In this document: positions 36,050 through 49,050 of the stretch, in pieces
Numbering within the stretch: the first letter of the stretch is position 1
Layout of the letters: the number at the start of each line of letters is the position of its first letter
Program-made: the position numbers and the translations under genes
NCBI GenBank assembly: GCA_013265495.1
Contig: MU058844.1
Coordinates: forward strand, 3,079,520-3,143,519
DNA from: Vicugna vicugna
Taxonomy: Eukaryota
DNA: 64,000 bases
Direction: 5' to 3'
Notes under the pieces: model-generated
Seen by the model: only the letters and a program-made list of their open reading frames with translations
Database searches by the model: none
What the model was told of the DNA's origin: nothing

Positions 36050-37265
36050 GAATCCCATCGCCCACCCCACATCAGGGGCTTTTTGCCATCAAATACCCGC
36101 TCTTCCCTTGCAGGTTGACTCAACAGAAAATTACACTCATCAGTCCCAATATTGAAACAGTCCTGGTTCCTCTCTGTGTCCCCCTGGGACTATTGCTCTC
36201 TTTCCTTCCTTTCAGAACCAAAGTCTAAACTCATCGTCTCCAATTCTTCATTCCTCATTCATTTTTCATACTGTGACTCGGTTTTCAGCCCTCTATTCTG
36301 CTAAACTTGTTCCTGCCAGTTTCTGATACCATATACTAATTTCAATTTCATAAGTATTCTTTGCATTCCTTATGTTACTTGACCTCTCTCTGGCAGTTGA
36401 CAGTATAAACTACTCCTACCTTAAAGCCCTCTCCTCTGAAGGCCACGTTCCCTGGATTTCCCCTACTTATTCCTTCTCACTTGGATCATCTCCTTACATG
36501 CTATTCTCCCTCTTAAATGCTTTTATTCTCCCAAGGTTTCATTGTCAATAATCTTATCTATCTACACACTCTTTTAGAAAGTCTTATCTATTCTTATGCC
36601 TTTAATGACTACCAACAATTTAATGTCTCCCAAACCTTTTGTCTCCATTCCTGAGCTTTAGATCAATAAATTCACAAACAATTCAACTTTCCAGCAATTC
36701 CAACACTGCCCAAATCAACTGTGTTGTATTAAAGCCCACTCACCTTCACATCACTGGCTCTCTGTCCCCATGAATATCAGTAGTACCCACTCCATTGTCC
36801 AAGTTGGAAACTTCAGTCATTCCAGACAGTTCTGGCAAATCATCTCAGTTCTACTTCCCAAATATTTCTTATATTTAGCCCGGTTTTTCCCCATGCTCAT
36901 TGCCACTCTCAAAATATTTCTCCTGGTTTTTTATTTTAAAAAGCTTCTTATTTGGCCCACCTATGTATGGTCCACCTACTTACCTGCCATTCCCCATCAC
37001 CACCATTAATTCATCTCTAAAACAGCTATCAAAGGCCATTCTAAAATCAAAGTCTGATCAAGTAATTTCTGTGCCTAAAATGCTTCATGGCTCCACATTG
37101 CCTCCAGGATGAAATCTTAACTATAGCACGTCTGTCATCTAAGGCCCATCATTATCTGGCTCCAGAACATTTTGGCCTCATCTCACAGACACAGTTAATT
37201 TACAGCTCTAGTACAACATAGGCCTTGACAGGCACTTATTGAATGAATGAATAAATGAATGAATG
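36050..37265 (+). mobile_element. L2 (ORF2 remnant to 3' tail)
   Basis: cttgacctctctctggcagttgaca (LDLSAAFD-like), ctcaattctacttcccaaatat-like text, aaaatcaaagtctgatca, tail ttgaatgaatgaataaatgaatgaatg. Confidence 0.8.
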
Positions 37266-37487
37266 GACAAATTCTGAGAAAGATGTCCTTGGATTAAAGA
37301 AAAAATGTTAGGTAATTCTTTATTATCTTCAACAAAAATTTTTTATACAAAGACAAACTCATATAGCTCCTTTTGTTTTAAAGTTCACATGTATCATCCA
37401 TCTTAAATTTTGCTTCTTTTTTTGGGAAATACATCTTCTAAGGAAGATATTTAATAAGATATTTTAGAATACCCCCCAAATATATGA

Positions 37488-37595
37488 GGAATTCCCGAAC
37501 TTGTAAATAGGCTATGTTCCAAAAATTCTTTTATAACTTGGTTCTGTGAAATTTGGAATGCATTTTCTCATAGAAACAGTGTTTTATATATTTTA
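37488..37595 (+). mobile_element. Ancient Tigger-type fragment (Tigger15/MamRep434-like)
   Basis: cccgaacttgtaaataggctatgttccaaaa...ttggaatgcattttctcatagaaaca. Confidence 0.5.
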
Positions 37596-38184
37596 TTTAA
37601 TTTAGTTTTAAATTATTTTAAAATAATTTTAAGTAGCATATAATAAAATACACATGTCATAAGCTTTTAAAATAATGAAAGAAATTCTATAGCAATATAT
37701 TTGGCCTATGGAAAGTAATTATGTCATAAATTCCGTAAACCTACACTAACCCAAAACCAAGTAGAAATGCAACTGTGAGAATCCTGTCAGCCAATACAAT
37801 ATGAAAGGGTGAAAATAATGAGGGTATATATTTTTTAACTGTTTACCTCTTTTAAGTTTTTTATTTTCTAATAAAGTGATCTATACTAATGCATCAGGAG
37901 ACACATTCTCTTTGTACTAAATTCCCAGGAGAAATATTTTTACATGGAATCTTATACAAGGAATGTTTAATAAACTATTAGGCAAAGATGGTTTAAAAGA
38001 AAAAGTAAGAATATCACACATATGACCCATTCTTAGAGCAACCACTGCTGAAACTAAGCATATTTAATCATGTTCCTATGAAGGCATTTCTGTAAGTAAT
38101 TCAAGTAACATATACCCATCTCTCTGATACTCTAACTAATATGGAATTACATCTAGTCATAGCCAGCATACATCACTTAGAATG

Positions 38185-38320
38185 TATATACATGCATTAT
38201 CTCATTCAGTCTTCACAAAAACCCTACGAGGTTAGTACAATCATAACCATTCCTATGTCACAGAGCAGAAAACTGAGGCAAAGAAGTGAATGACTAGCCA
38301 AGCTCACACAGCTACAGTAA
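38185..38320 (-). mobile_element. MIR
   Basis: cattatctcattcagtcttcacaaaaaccctacgagg...gaaaactgaggc...aagctcacacagcta. Confidence 0.8.
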
Positions 38321-38429
38321 CATTCCCCTTACATTTGTTCTCTCTCAAATATTAATACTCTAACTCAAGATTTTCAAAGCAGTGAAACAGAACAATGTTT
38401 GAGTTTACACTTTCTGTTGACCTTAAAAT

Positions 38430-39245
38430 GATTTGGGCCGCTTCTTTCTTTCCAACATTATCCTGCTCTATTATCCTTCTTGCTCACTGAATTTCTTTCT
38501 ATGCCTCTAACCAGTCAAACTTGTCCCCCACATTTTACACTTGAAGAAACCCTTTACCTAGAAAATATTTTTTCTGTTACCTCTACCTAGAACACATTTC
38601 CCAAAAATCTTTGTGTGACTGATGCTTTCATATAATTCAGGTCTCAGCTCAAGAGTTCCTCCTCAGCAATGAGTTCCTCCTTGGCCACCCAATATAGAGA
38701 AACCTACTGAGATACTCTCTAATGCATCACTAGATTTTATTTTCAATCTTTTTTTATTAGTATTGTATTTATTATCATCTCCTAACCTCTAGAACTGTGC
38801 TAATAGAAATATAATTGTGAATCATAAATGCAAGCCACATTTATCATTTTAAACTTTCTAGTTTCCTCACTAAACAAATGTAAAAAAATTAATTTTAGTA
38901 GTGTATTTTATTTAATTCAGTATATCTCAAATATTACCATTTCAATAAAAACCAATAAAAAATATAATGAGATATTTCATATTCCTTTTTTCATGCTAAG
39001 TAGTCAAAATCCAGGGTTTATTTTACACTGGCAACATACTGAAATTCGAATGAGCCACACTTCAGGTACTCAGTGGCCACATGTCAAGTGTTCAGTAGCT
39101 TCAGGTGGCTGGTGGCTACCATGGAGGACAGTATAACTTAAAACTCCTCTTCGCGGGTGTATGCCTAGAACCTAAATTAGCATAATAGTGCCTGGCTCTT
39201 TGAATGTACATTAATATGGAATGAGTAAATGAATGTTGAATGTGT
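38430..39245 (+). mobile_element. L2 3' region, split by MER33
   Basis: ttcaggtctcagctcaa...cctccttggccaccc; resumes cctagaacct...agtgcctggc...gaatgagtaaatgaatg. Confidence 0.65.
38793..39133. mobile_element. MER33-like hAT-Charlie MITE
   Basis: ctaatagaaatataat...gcaagccacat...attttatttaa...aatgagatattt...agccacacttcagg...gtggctggtggctacc...ggacag. Confidence 0.8.
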
Positions 39246-39449
39246 GGAATATAAGTATTTTCTGTCTTAGGTTGAAAAAAGACCCATATTCTGTTAATGC
39301 CTAATTTGCACATGACAAAGATGACATTTTCTTGTATAATTTTAGGTGAATCAGGTCAAATTTATTTACCATTCAGGTTTTTAACATAGGGAACAAATTT
39401 GTGATGCAAGATAGCTGGACTCCATCACACAGATACATCTCTTACCCCT

Positions 39450-39916
39450 TACTACGATCCTCCAAAAGGTACCTACATCCTGACCCCTGGAACCTGTAAA
39501 TGTTATCTTATATAGGAAAAAAAAGACTTTGCAGCTGTGATTAAGCTAAGGATCTTGAGATGGAGAAATTACCCTGAACTATCAAGGTAGACCTAAATAT
39601 AATCACGTGTATCCTTATAATAGGGAGGCAAAGAGAAATTTGACCACAAAAGAGAAGGTATTGGGACTATGGAGGAGGCAGAGATAGAAGTGATGTAGCC
39701 ACAAACCAAGGAATGCCTGCAGCCACCAGAGGCTGGAAGGGGCAAGGAACTGAATTTCCCCCGGAGCCTCCAGAGGCAGCCCTGCTGACACCTTGATTCA
39801 GCCAGTGAGACTGATTTTAGATTTCTGGCTCCCAGAACTGTGCAAGAGTAAATGTGTGTTGTTTTTAAGTAACCGAGTTTGTGGTAATTTGTTACAGCTG
39901 CCATAGGAAACTAATT
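39450..39916 (+). mobile_element. MaLR solo LTR (MLT1C/D-like)
   Basis: cctggaacctgtaaatgtta...gactttgcagctgtgattaag...gccaccagaggctggaag...gtggtaatttgttacagctgccataggaaactaat. Confidence 0.9.
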
Positions 39917-39957
39917 TTACTGATTCATCAAGTCATCTCCATATTAAATACACTTCT

Positions 39958-40491
39958 CTGATAGCTTGCAAAAATAGCCACACTATGCACTCACCTCTGT
40001 ATCCATGTCCCTTTGCAATGTGAATTAGCAGATCCTCTTGTTAAGGGATAGGGTAGGTTTCTCCACACTATCTGTTGCTTTGGCCAATGGAATGCCATGA
40101 AAGCAACATTCTGCCAGCTCCTAGTCTAGTCTCAGGATAGCTTGCAAACTTTCTTCCTCTCACCTGGAACTCTCTGCACTTCCATATGAATAAACCTAGT
40201 CTAGCCTACTGGATGCAAGAGACAAGTGACCCAGGTGTCCCCCATTGTCCAACCTGACAATGGACCATCTGCTGAAGTGTGAGTGAGGTTGTCTTTGGAC
40301 AGCCAACTCCCAGTTGACCTGCCAGCCACTGACTGCAGATAAATGAGCAATTTCCACAGAGACCAAAATAACTGGCTCACTGAGCCTACCCCAGATTGCC
40401 AGCTATAGAATTGTAAGCTCAATAAATTGTTGTTGTTTAAAGCTACAAACTGTTGGGGTAGCTTGTTATGCAGCAATAAATAACTGATATA
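39958..40491 (+). mobile_element. MaLR solo LTR (MLT1F/G-like)
   Basis: gcaaaaatagccac...cctttgcaatgtga...ttgctttggccaatggaatg...ttgttatgcagcaataaataactgatat. Confidence 0.8.
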
Positions 40492-41400
40492 CTCTCATAA
40501 AGCAAATTCCTTCTACATGTGTTCAACTCTCCTATGCAGATTCAGAGGAGTCTGCCAAAAAAGAACAGCTTGTAGTCTCACTTGGGGACAGTGCCAACTA
40601 TTCCATTTTCTACAGGAACTCTACAGAGCAAAATTTTCTACAGAAGCAACATTTCATCATGTTGAGTATCTCAGTGAATACTTCACTAAGGCCAACTGCT
40701 CATCACATATCACAGTAGAGAAAATACAGACCTAGAATTTCAAGGTAGATATAAGCACATAGCTGATCTAAACATTTATTAAGTATCTTGTTTCCCACCA
40801 AATACAGTTTTGAGTGATATTAAATCCTTTTTGCCCAGGAAAGGTGAATCAGTTACAAAATATACTTCTGTTAACTATAAAAACTAACCTGTTGAAGTTA
40901 GTTAGTCTGGTCAACTTGAATTCCTGAACAATAGCTGACAAAAAATCATGATTCTAATTTTGTCACAGTTGATATGAAATTTCACTTTCTGACAGTAATT
41001 AGCCACTAATTTTAGTTAGTTCTTACTCTTAGTCCTGAATAAGAATAAAGCCATGCTAGAAGAGAATAGAGGAGTTGTAGTCTCCCTGTTTGCTAAAGCA
41101 GGAACTCAATTTATCTGGGTGATAGTCACATAAGTGACTAAGAGATGCCAGGACATGACCTGGTACCAATGTTTAAAATTGGGATCCAAGGAAACATTTC
41201 AAAAATTGGCACTTGACTAGCAGTCCAGGCTGCAGACTGTCCCTACAGCTTGATAAAATACCTATAAAGGCAAAGGAAAGATAAAAATTGATGACAATGA
41301 AAACTAAAACTGACAATGATACTACCACAAGAAACAGAGAGAATTCCATTCACTACAGGAACTAGGGAGGCAAATTGTAAATCATAATAGCAGCCACTTT

Positions 41401-41970
41401 TTTTTTTAAATTTTTTGAATTGAAGTACAGTCAGTTACAATGTGTCAGTTTCTGGTGTATAGCACAATGTTCCAGTCATGCATATACATATATATATTCA
41501 TTTTCATATCCTTTTTCATTAAAGGTTATTACAAGATGTTGAACATAGTTCCCTGTGCCATACAGAAGAAACTTTTTAAATCTATTTTTATATATAGTGG
41601 CTAACATTTGTAAATCATCTCAAACTCTTTATCCCTTCCCATCCCCTTTCCCTGGTAACCATAAGATTGTTTACTATGTCTGTGAGTCTGTGTCTGTTTT
41701 GTAGATGAGTTCATACTGTCCTTTTTTTTTCTTTCTTTCTTTTGATTCCACTTATGAGTGATATCATATGGTATTTTTCTTTCTCTTTCTGACTTAATTA
41801 ACTTAGAATGATGATCTCTAGGTCCATCCATGTTGCTGCAAATGGCATTATTTTATTCCTTTTTATGGCTGAGTAGTATTCCATTATATAAATATACCAC
41901 TACTTCTTCATCTAGTCATCTGTCAATGGACATTTAGGTTGCTTCCATGTCTTGGCTGTTGTATACAGTG
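41401..41970 (-). mobile_element. Relatively young 5'-truncated L1 (camelid/artiodactyl 3' end)
   Basis: Poly-T start, well-preserved L1 3' UTR and ORF2 end (ggtccatccatgttgctgcaaatggc...gctgagtagtattccat); TSD tagcagccacttt (41388-41400) / tagcagctacttt (41971-41983). Confidence 0.95.
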
Positions 41971-42216
41971 TAGCAGCTACTTTAAATAGATAAAATTGAC
42001 AACTTGAAAGAATATGGGAGGAACTTTCTTTTATCCTTCACTGTAGATCATGCAGATCAAAAATGTAGCATCAGTACTAGCCAGAACACAGGGCAAAGGA
42101 TCCCACCCAGGACAAAAAAACCTTCAGAGGAAGACAGCATACTCTACCCCAGCCTGGTCCTTATTATTACCTTGTTTCTTTGGAGAATAAAATTCCCAAA
42201 ACACAAAAAGTAAGTG

Positions 42217-42221
<5 letters not shown>

Positions 42222-42247
<26 letters not shown>
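42222..42247 (+). repeat. (TG)n microsatellite
   Basis: Read directly from the sequence. Confidence 0.95.
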
Positions 42248-42248
<1 letters not shown>

Positions 42249-42599
42249 TTAGGAAGAGGAGGAAGATATGGTGGTGACAATAGATGTATTGCATGCTTAG
42301 AAAAACAGATTCAACAACTTAAGGCACTATGAGCAAAAGTGAAAATAGGAACAATATGTGAATCAACCATGGGAACCCTAATTTTGCTTTTACTCTGTTG
42401 GTTCAAAGTATCAAACAACAGATACTTTGAGTGGCATAGAATCCATCTCAATTCAGCCAACCTACAGCATGTAAATAGTTTAGGACTCGTGAACATTTAT
42501 CTGCTCCCTAACTGGAAGTGGTTTATGACAAATTCTTTGGCACAAGGGAAATTCTTACCACAATAAAAGAAAAAGAAAACTTCTGTATTTTCAGTAAAA

Positions 42600-43990
42600 T
42601 AAAAGAAGATAAGAAACTTCTGAATAAGGAGTAAAATTCAACAAGAGTGATATAATAAATGTGAAAACAGAATTGGAATCAGGTAATATATACATGACAT
42701 TAGAAATGAAAAATCTGACTTAAAATAGAAAGCTGTAATAAAATGTAATCACTAGCACAACTGAGACAAATAGAAGATACTGAATTAGTGACTAAGGTCA
42801 AAATTTAGAAATCTCTTCTAAAAATGAAAAGAAAAAATGACAAAAGTAAAAATAATAAAGTCCAAAGAATAGAAATTCAATAAATGGATAAATTGGTATT
42901 ATTGAAGAACCCTGAACCAAAAGAGCAAAATCCTGATTGAAAATGTAATGGAAGAAAATTTTACTGACTGAAATGAAGACCTAAGTCTTCAAATTTAAAG
43001 AATTTGCTTTGTATTATAAAAATAATGAAAAGAGGTCCATAACAAAACATTATAGGAAATTTTTATTATGAAGATGGATAAATCTCTATAAGTATTTATG
43101 TAGAAAAAATAGATTGATAACAATGGAATAAAATAATTTTGTCTTCAGGGTTCTCTGCAATATTACCTTAAGACAACAGTGTCGTACTTATAAAGTTTTG
43201 AGAGGCAAAGCTTGTATCAGCCAAGGACTCATTTATATCTGGGGATAACACGGAGGGAAATAAGAAAATATAGAAACTACATTAATAATATTTGCAGCAT
43301 ATGGATGCTCTTTGTTTTTTTTTTTTTGTCATTCTCTGCTCTATCTGAATTTTTCATAATGCACAACAAAGCTACGTAGACAGAATTCTTGAGAGAATCC
43401 AGAAATCTCTCAGAATTTCTTCAAGCTTTATTTAGTGCATCATGTATTTTGTAAAATCTACTTCTTCTAAATTATCAGCATTTAGACTTAAGTTTTAAAA
43501 CTCTCTTATTAAAAGTAAAAAAGGTTAGACTAAGAAGCAACCCACAATTTAAAAAATAGACAGTTGGTAAATAATGAAGAAATCATATAAGAACTTATAA
43601 AATGTTTCTCAAGATGACCCATAGAGGCAAATTTATTACTATAATTTATTATTTAATAAAAGAACGAAAAACTATTACATTCAAGACATTAGAACATAGA
43701 AAAGAAAAAAATTAACAGCAAATCCAAATTCTTTGAAAAATAATAATAGACTAATTTCTCATGAATATAATAAAAGTAGTACACAAATGGACAAAGTTAG
43801 AATGTAAAGGAGATATTATTATAATTATGGAGAATTTTTTAAACTATAGTATACCAAGTACAACTCTGTACTGGTTGCTTATAAAATCTTGACAAAGTGA
43901 ATTATTTTCTTGAAAATGCTGTTTCAAATCATAGAAGAGTCTAGACCCATTTCATCTTATGATTCTGGCATAACTTTCATAGTATAACTG
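42600..43990 (+). mobile_element. Very old L1M/HAL1-like ORF1 and ORF2 remnants
   Basis: aatggaagaaaattttactgactg...gacctaagtcttcaaatt (EENFPEL..DL.LQI, ORF1-like); A-rich ORF2-like stretch at about 43540-43910. Confidence 0.6.
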
Positions 43991-44149
43991 TCAGTTTGTG
44001 AGCAGTTGTTGTGAGTCACCAATAAATATGTGTGTCCCCAGAATTCCTCTCTGTTATATCATACTCTGGTCTCATATACCCAAAATTTATATTCATTAAT
44101 AACTATATCAAAACCAAGCTCATCATTGATATTTTTTATAATCCTTTTA

Positions 44150-44300
44150 GAAAAAATAGATAAGATATTCTAAAACTGGATTTTAGTAATGGTTTCACAA
44201 TGGTATACATTTACTAAAACTCACTGAATACTACAGTTTAAATGATTAAGTTTTAGGGTATGTAAATTATATCTCAATATATAGTCTGCCTAAGAGAATC
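44150..44300 (+). mobile_element. L1M 3' end
   Basis: tattctaaaactggatt...atggtttcacaa...tttactaaaactcactgaa...gtatgtaaattatatctcaat. Confidence 0.75.
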
Positions 44301-44352
44301 AAGCTAAATAAACAAACTGCTTTTTTTTTTTAAATAAAATTATTCAAGTGTC

Positions 44353-44766
44353 TGTATGTGTTAGGCTGCTTGTGCTGCCATAACAAAAGACCACAGACTG
44401 GTGGCTTAAACAGCGAATTTATTTCCTCCCAGTTCTGGAGGCTAGAAACTCAAGATCAGGATCTGACTGGGTTAGTCTCTGGTGAGACCTTTATTCCTGG
44501 TTTGCAGATGGCCATCCATGTTCTGTCTGTGTCCCCACATGTTCTTTCCTCTGTGTAAACAGAGGAAGAGAAAGAGAGAGCTCTGGTGTTTCTTCCTCTT
44601 CTTGTAAGGACACCAGTCCTATCAGATTAGGGCCCCACCCTTAGGACCTCATTTAACCTTAATTACCTCCCTAAAGATCCTCTTTCCAAAAACAGTCCCA
44701 TTGCAGGCTAGAGTTTCAACATATGAATTTGGCAGCAGAGGAAGGACACAATTCAGTCCATTATAC
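44353..44766 (-). mobile_element. MaLR solo LTR (MLT1A-like)
   Basis: gctgccataacaaaagaccacagactgggtggcttaaaca...cagttctggaggctag...taaggacaccagtcctatcagattagggcccc...gacacaattcagtccat. Confidence 0.9.
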
Positions 44767-45159
44767 TAGGAAACTTCCTCTGATTTTTGCTTAAAATTCT
44801 ATTTTGCATTATAGTCTTTTCTGCCTTCCCAGTGATCTTTACCAAACTAAGAGATATGATGGACAGTCCTGGTAAACCGTGAGGCAGCTGGGAAGCCTGG
44901 CTATGATTTCATAGTATTTGCTTAGCAGAGAATATCCGAAATTACTATGAGTCGTCTTTTTACAAAAATTTACTCATCGCAAGACCCTCTTGCCACTTCA
45001 GTTTTCTCAACCCCCAGATCTTAACATGGAAGTAAGGGGTAGATTTATATTTAGCAATAGTTGTATTACAGAAAGAAAAATAATTAGAAAGAAATGGCCA
45101 CTAACATTAGATAAGTTTTGTATCTCAGAAATTAACATAATTAAAGAATTATTTATTAA

Positions 45160-45990
45160 ATAATAATATTGACCTTGTCAATAGGTACCAAGGGCCTTAA
45201 AGTTCATTGACTTTATAATTCTGCTTTTCAGAATTTCTCCTAAATATATCATCAGAAATTTGCCCATAAATGTATGTCAAGTTGTCCATTTTAGCATTAT
45301 ATGTAACAAAAAAAGTATCAGCAACCTAAATAAAGAAATGTTGTGTATCTATTTTATGTACAGTAGTTAGTACCTATAAATCTCAAATTCCTAATTTATC
45401 CCTTCCCACCCTCTTCCCCTCTCCGAGATTTGCAGATACTAACTTCTGTATATACTTTCTGTATATAAAATAGATAAACAAGTTTATACTGTATAGCACA
45501 GGGAACTATATTCAATATTTTGAAGTAACTTATGGTTAAAAGAATATGAAAACAAATATAGGTGTATTTCTATATGACAGAGGTATTGTGCTGTACACCA
45601 GAAATTGACACAACATTGTAAACTGACTATACTTCAATAAAAATATATTTGTTAAAAATATAAATAAATAAAAATACATTATGCAACATAAAAAATAAAA
45701 TAAAACAAAATAATTCAATAAATAAATGAATAAGGAAATGGTTAAGTAAATTGTGATATATTCCTACCAATAAGTATTAAATAACCATTAAATTTAATAA
45801 TTGCCTGAAAATTTTACATGGGATGAGAACGTATTCACAAAATAGTGTAAAAATTTTATGTATGGAGGTTGTTGGTTAACCAATTCAGGATTCTGAGAAT
45901 TATTAAAGGAAAATGCATTTTTCCCATTTTTCTGCATTTCTTGTACAAAACGTATTTTTAGATAACACAATATTGATGAATGAAATTTCT
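45160..45990 (+). mobile_element. Old L1M 3' region (host of the inverted L1)
   Basis: gcaacctaaat...ggaaatggttaagtaaattgtgatatattc, typical L1ME/MC text. Confidence 0.55.
45341..45728 (+). mobile_element. L1 3' end with inverted 5' segment
   Basis: 45341-45424 is reverse L1 3' UTR; 45425-45640 is forward L1 3' UTR followed by an A-rich tail; candidate TSD aataaagaaatg (45329-45340) / aataaggaaatg (45729-45740). Confidence 0.8.
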
Positions 45991-46066
45991 TCATTTAAGA
46001 ATTCTAACTAACAAATGCAAAAAGAATGTTAGAATTAGAAATGGCCATATTGCAGCTGAAAGAGAT

Positions 46067-46168
46067 GAAGGAAGGAAGGAAGGAAGGAGGGAGGGAGGGA
46101 GGGAAGGAAGGAAGGAGGAGAAAGGAGATGAGAGAAAGGAAAGGAAAGGAAAGAAAGAGGAAAAAGAG
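46067..46168 (+). repeat. (GGAA)/(GGGA)/GA-rich low-complexity tract
   Basis: Read directly from the sequence. Confidence 0.9.
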
Positions 46169-46189
46169 CTCATAATGAATGGATGGTAA

Positions 46190-46395
46190 AACCATTAAGG
46201 GAATTTTACAAATGAGTGGTTCTGGCTGATACCACAAAAACCAACTGATCAAGTCCAGCATCATTAAAAATGGAACAGTCAAGACATATACCTCATGAAG
46301 TAGTATAATAGGGAGTGCACAGTCCCACCTTGAAGTATTCCTGCCAGAAGATAAATAATAATGTATAAAATTGGACCTAAATCCAATCAAGAATC
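46190..46395 (+). mobile_element. L1MC/MD-like 3' UTR fragment
   Basis: tggctgataccac...aaccaactgatcaag...agcatca...aatggaaca...gaagtattcctgcca. Confidence 0.6.
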
Positions 46396-46404
46396 TAGAC
46401 CACT

Positions 46405-46790
46405 CTTTCTCCCAGACTCCTTTGTCAGCCACTGTTCTGCTGGATGTAGTCAATGAGACATCTAATGGGAAGTGCTGATCAGAGGTGGGGAAGGAAGACA
46501 GAAGGGAGGCTATTTCTCCTTCTCTGCTTTGGGGATTATCTCTGGCAGCAGATGTATCTCCTCCTTGACTCCAGCTACCACTAAAAAAACCCATCCTGGT
46601 TCCAACTTCCTTCAGGTAACCCTGACCACTGGGCTCTGATAACATCACCTCCTCCCTTGGTTTCTCCAGTGGTTACTAATCTCATGCATGATGATTTCTG
46701 TTTTCCTGATTGGGCTGTGACCAATTCAGTAATTCTTTTGAGTTGATCTACAGAACTTCTTGGAAGAAGAGATAGTTGGCACTTAGCCTG
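46405..46790 (-). mobile_element. ERVL-type LTR remnant (LTR16/LTR33-like)
   Basis: cccagactcctttg...aatgggaag...gaagggaggctatttctcc...cctcccttggtttctccag; family call tentative. Confidence 0.45.
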
Positions 46791-46990
46791 TGATTCTTCT
46801 GAATGATCAGCTTTAATGATTGTCTTTTTTTTAAAACTAAGTTTATTAAATTTTCTGATGAGACAGTGTGTATTGGTCAAGGATTTCATTTGACATGTGA
46901 AAGGGAATTTTTTTTATTGGGATAATATAAAGGCTTCTGTAAGTGCTTAATTAGGAGACAAACGACAGCCATCCTCCTCTGTTTAAGATG

Positions 46991-47100
46991 GTGGTTCTCA
47001 ACATGGTTCTCCATCAGAATGGTATAGGGAGTCTTAAAAATCACTCACACCAAGGAGAGTCTGATGTAAATAGTCTAGAATGAGTAATTTTTAGAGCAGA
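46991..47100 (+). mobile_element. MER5A-like fragment
   Basis: gtggttctcaac...catcagaat...gagtctgat...agtctag. Confidence 0.5.
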
Positions 47101-47149
47101 CATTTTAGATTCACTCATTTTAGATCCACAAGGAATGACAATTTCAGGT

Positions 47150-47565
47150 GCAGTTTGCTCCAGCTCCATTTCTCTGCAATCCTCTTCCTTATATCAAGTT
47201 TGACTTCAGACTTCATATTTCTCATTGTAGCAAAATGGCTGCAGCACTATCAGGCCTCACGTCTGCATCCCATATCATCCAGAGAAAGACAACATATCTC
47301 TCCAGATAAATTCTGAAGAAAAACAAGGATTCTTCTTTTCTAGAAATCCCTGGAAGACATATCCTGGTTTTTCTTAAGCCCATTTTGGTTCATGAAACTT
47401 AATCCTTGTGGTCAGGAGAATGAACTGGGCTTCAGTCAGTCAGGGCCCATCCCTAGAACTAGGGATGAAGTTGCCTTCTCCTGAGACAATGAAAACTAAG
47501 TTACTGTTGCCATGGGAAAAGGCAATGAATGCCAAGAAGCTGAGAACAGCAAGTGTCTGCTACAC
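47150..47565 (-). mobile_element. MaLR LTR (MLT1K/L-like)
   Basis: gcaaaatggctgcagca...caggcctcac...tgtggtcaggagaatg...ctgttgcca...aatgaatgc. Confidence 0.55.
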
Positions 47566-47859
47566 ATAGAGGAAGGAGAGTGGTTTAAAATTGATAAGAA
47601 AATACTTGTTCAGATGTTTTCCTTTAAATTAGAGCCTCTAGGAGTTTATCTAATGAACATTCATGGCAGCCAATGGAGATCAGATGGACATTCTGAAGAC
47701 TCAATCATTTAGTCAGTTTACTATCCAGGTTAATACTACTAGTTGAAAGTTTTATTTGTTCTTCAGCTTAAAATAATTTTTATTCTTAGTTATATATTAT
47801 ATAATTTAATACCCATAAGGGACCACTGTTTGGAGACAGAAAGACATACATATTGACGT

Positions 47860-48265
47860 GTGTTGTTCATGTTCACCCAGCATCTTCTGATGATAACACC
47901 ATTTTCTTCTGGGAGAGCATCAGCACCTCTTTCCTAGTGGGTACAATATAAGTGGGACATCCCCGTCTACCATAGCCATGCAATGAGCATGTTATCCAGA
48001 GTAGGCCAACCCAATTGCTTTTCCTGGGACAGGAAACAATGACAGCTGATTCATCTCTGTGATGATACTTTAACAGGACTATTAAATTAGCTACTGCTCA
48101 CAAAACCTAATAGCTTTGCAGGTTCTTGCTGTTTCTGACCTGGCCCTTGAGCTTCCTTTGATGTGTGCGTCATCCATGGCCTTACAGTCAATTCTCTTTT
48201 TGCTTGATTTTTCAAGAATAGTTTTCTATGGTTTGCAACATATAATCCTGATACGAAACATAAAA
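47860..48265 (+). mobile_element. MaLR LTR (MLT1K-like)
   Basis: cccagcatc...atgagcatg...aggccaa...aattctctttttgctt...ttttct...ttgcaac. Confidence 0.5.
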
Positions 48266-48767
48266 TGATCATTCTGAACATTTCCTTCAGGATAATCAAC
48301 ACTGAATTCGTAAACTGCATGTCTGATCAAACTTTTTTTATGCAGTGCATTGGTGTACTTCTAGTACTTTAAAAATCACTGTTGAAAAGGAAATGTAATA
48401 ACATTCTACCCAAACTGACTTATAATTTATTAGGAATAAAGGCCTTCTAAACTCTCAATATGTTATTTGTGGATAAGTGTTTGGCATAGCAGCCTGAAGC
48501 CTTCTCTTTTATCCAACCACTTAGAAACAAAAAACAAAAATTATGAAAATAAGCTAGCTCCTTTTTTAAGCAAGTGGTAAAAATTCTAAGCATAGCTACA
48601 AAAGTGGTTTTTTGCCAAGGTTTGATAAATAATAGGCTGTTACATTTTAGTATGTTTTAATGTATATGTAATTTTAAATGAAACATATATTATTTTAATT
48701 GGTTCATCAACAAATTATGCTTTTTCTCATACAATAAAATTCAAGAAAATAAAGAAAATTATTTCTT

Positions 48768-49050
48768 AATAAGTCATGGGGGTGTAATGTACAGCATAGC
48801 AACTGAAGTTAGTAATACTGTGTTGCGTATTTGAAAGTTGCTAAGAGAGTTGACCTTAAAAGTTCTTATCACAAGAAAAAAAAATCTGTAACTGCTTATG
48901 GTGGTGGATGTTACATATACGTATCGTGGTCATCATTTTACAATGTATACAAATATTGAATCATGACGTACACTTGAAACTAATATAATGTATGTCAGTG
49001 GTACTTCAGTAAAGTTCAGTTTTTACCTCAGTAAAAAAAAAAAAGGAAAA
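48768..49050 (+). mobile_element. L1 3' end (L1MA9-related)
   Basis: aataagtcatgggggtgtaatgtacagcatag...tttgaaagttgctaagagag...cacttgaaactaatataatg, A-rich tail. Confidence 0.9.

Noticed and set aside
41601..41831. 76-aa [11 protein letters not shown]...
   Set aside because: Out-of-frame reading of the L1 ORF2 end and 3' UTR.
46004..46648. Longest ORF (214 aa, minus strand)
   Set aside because: Runs across an LTR remnant, an L1 UTR fragment and a stop-free (TTCC)n tract; non-ATG start; not protein-like.
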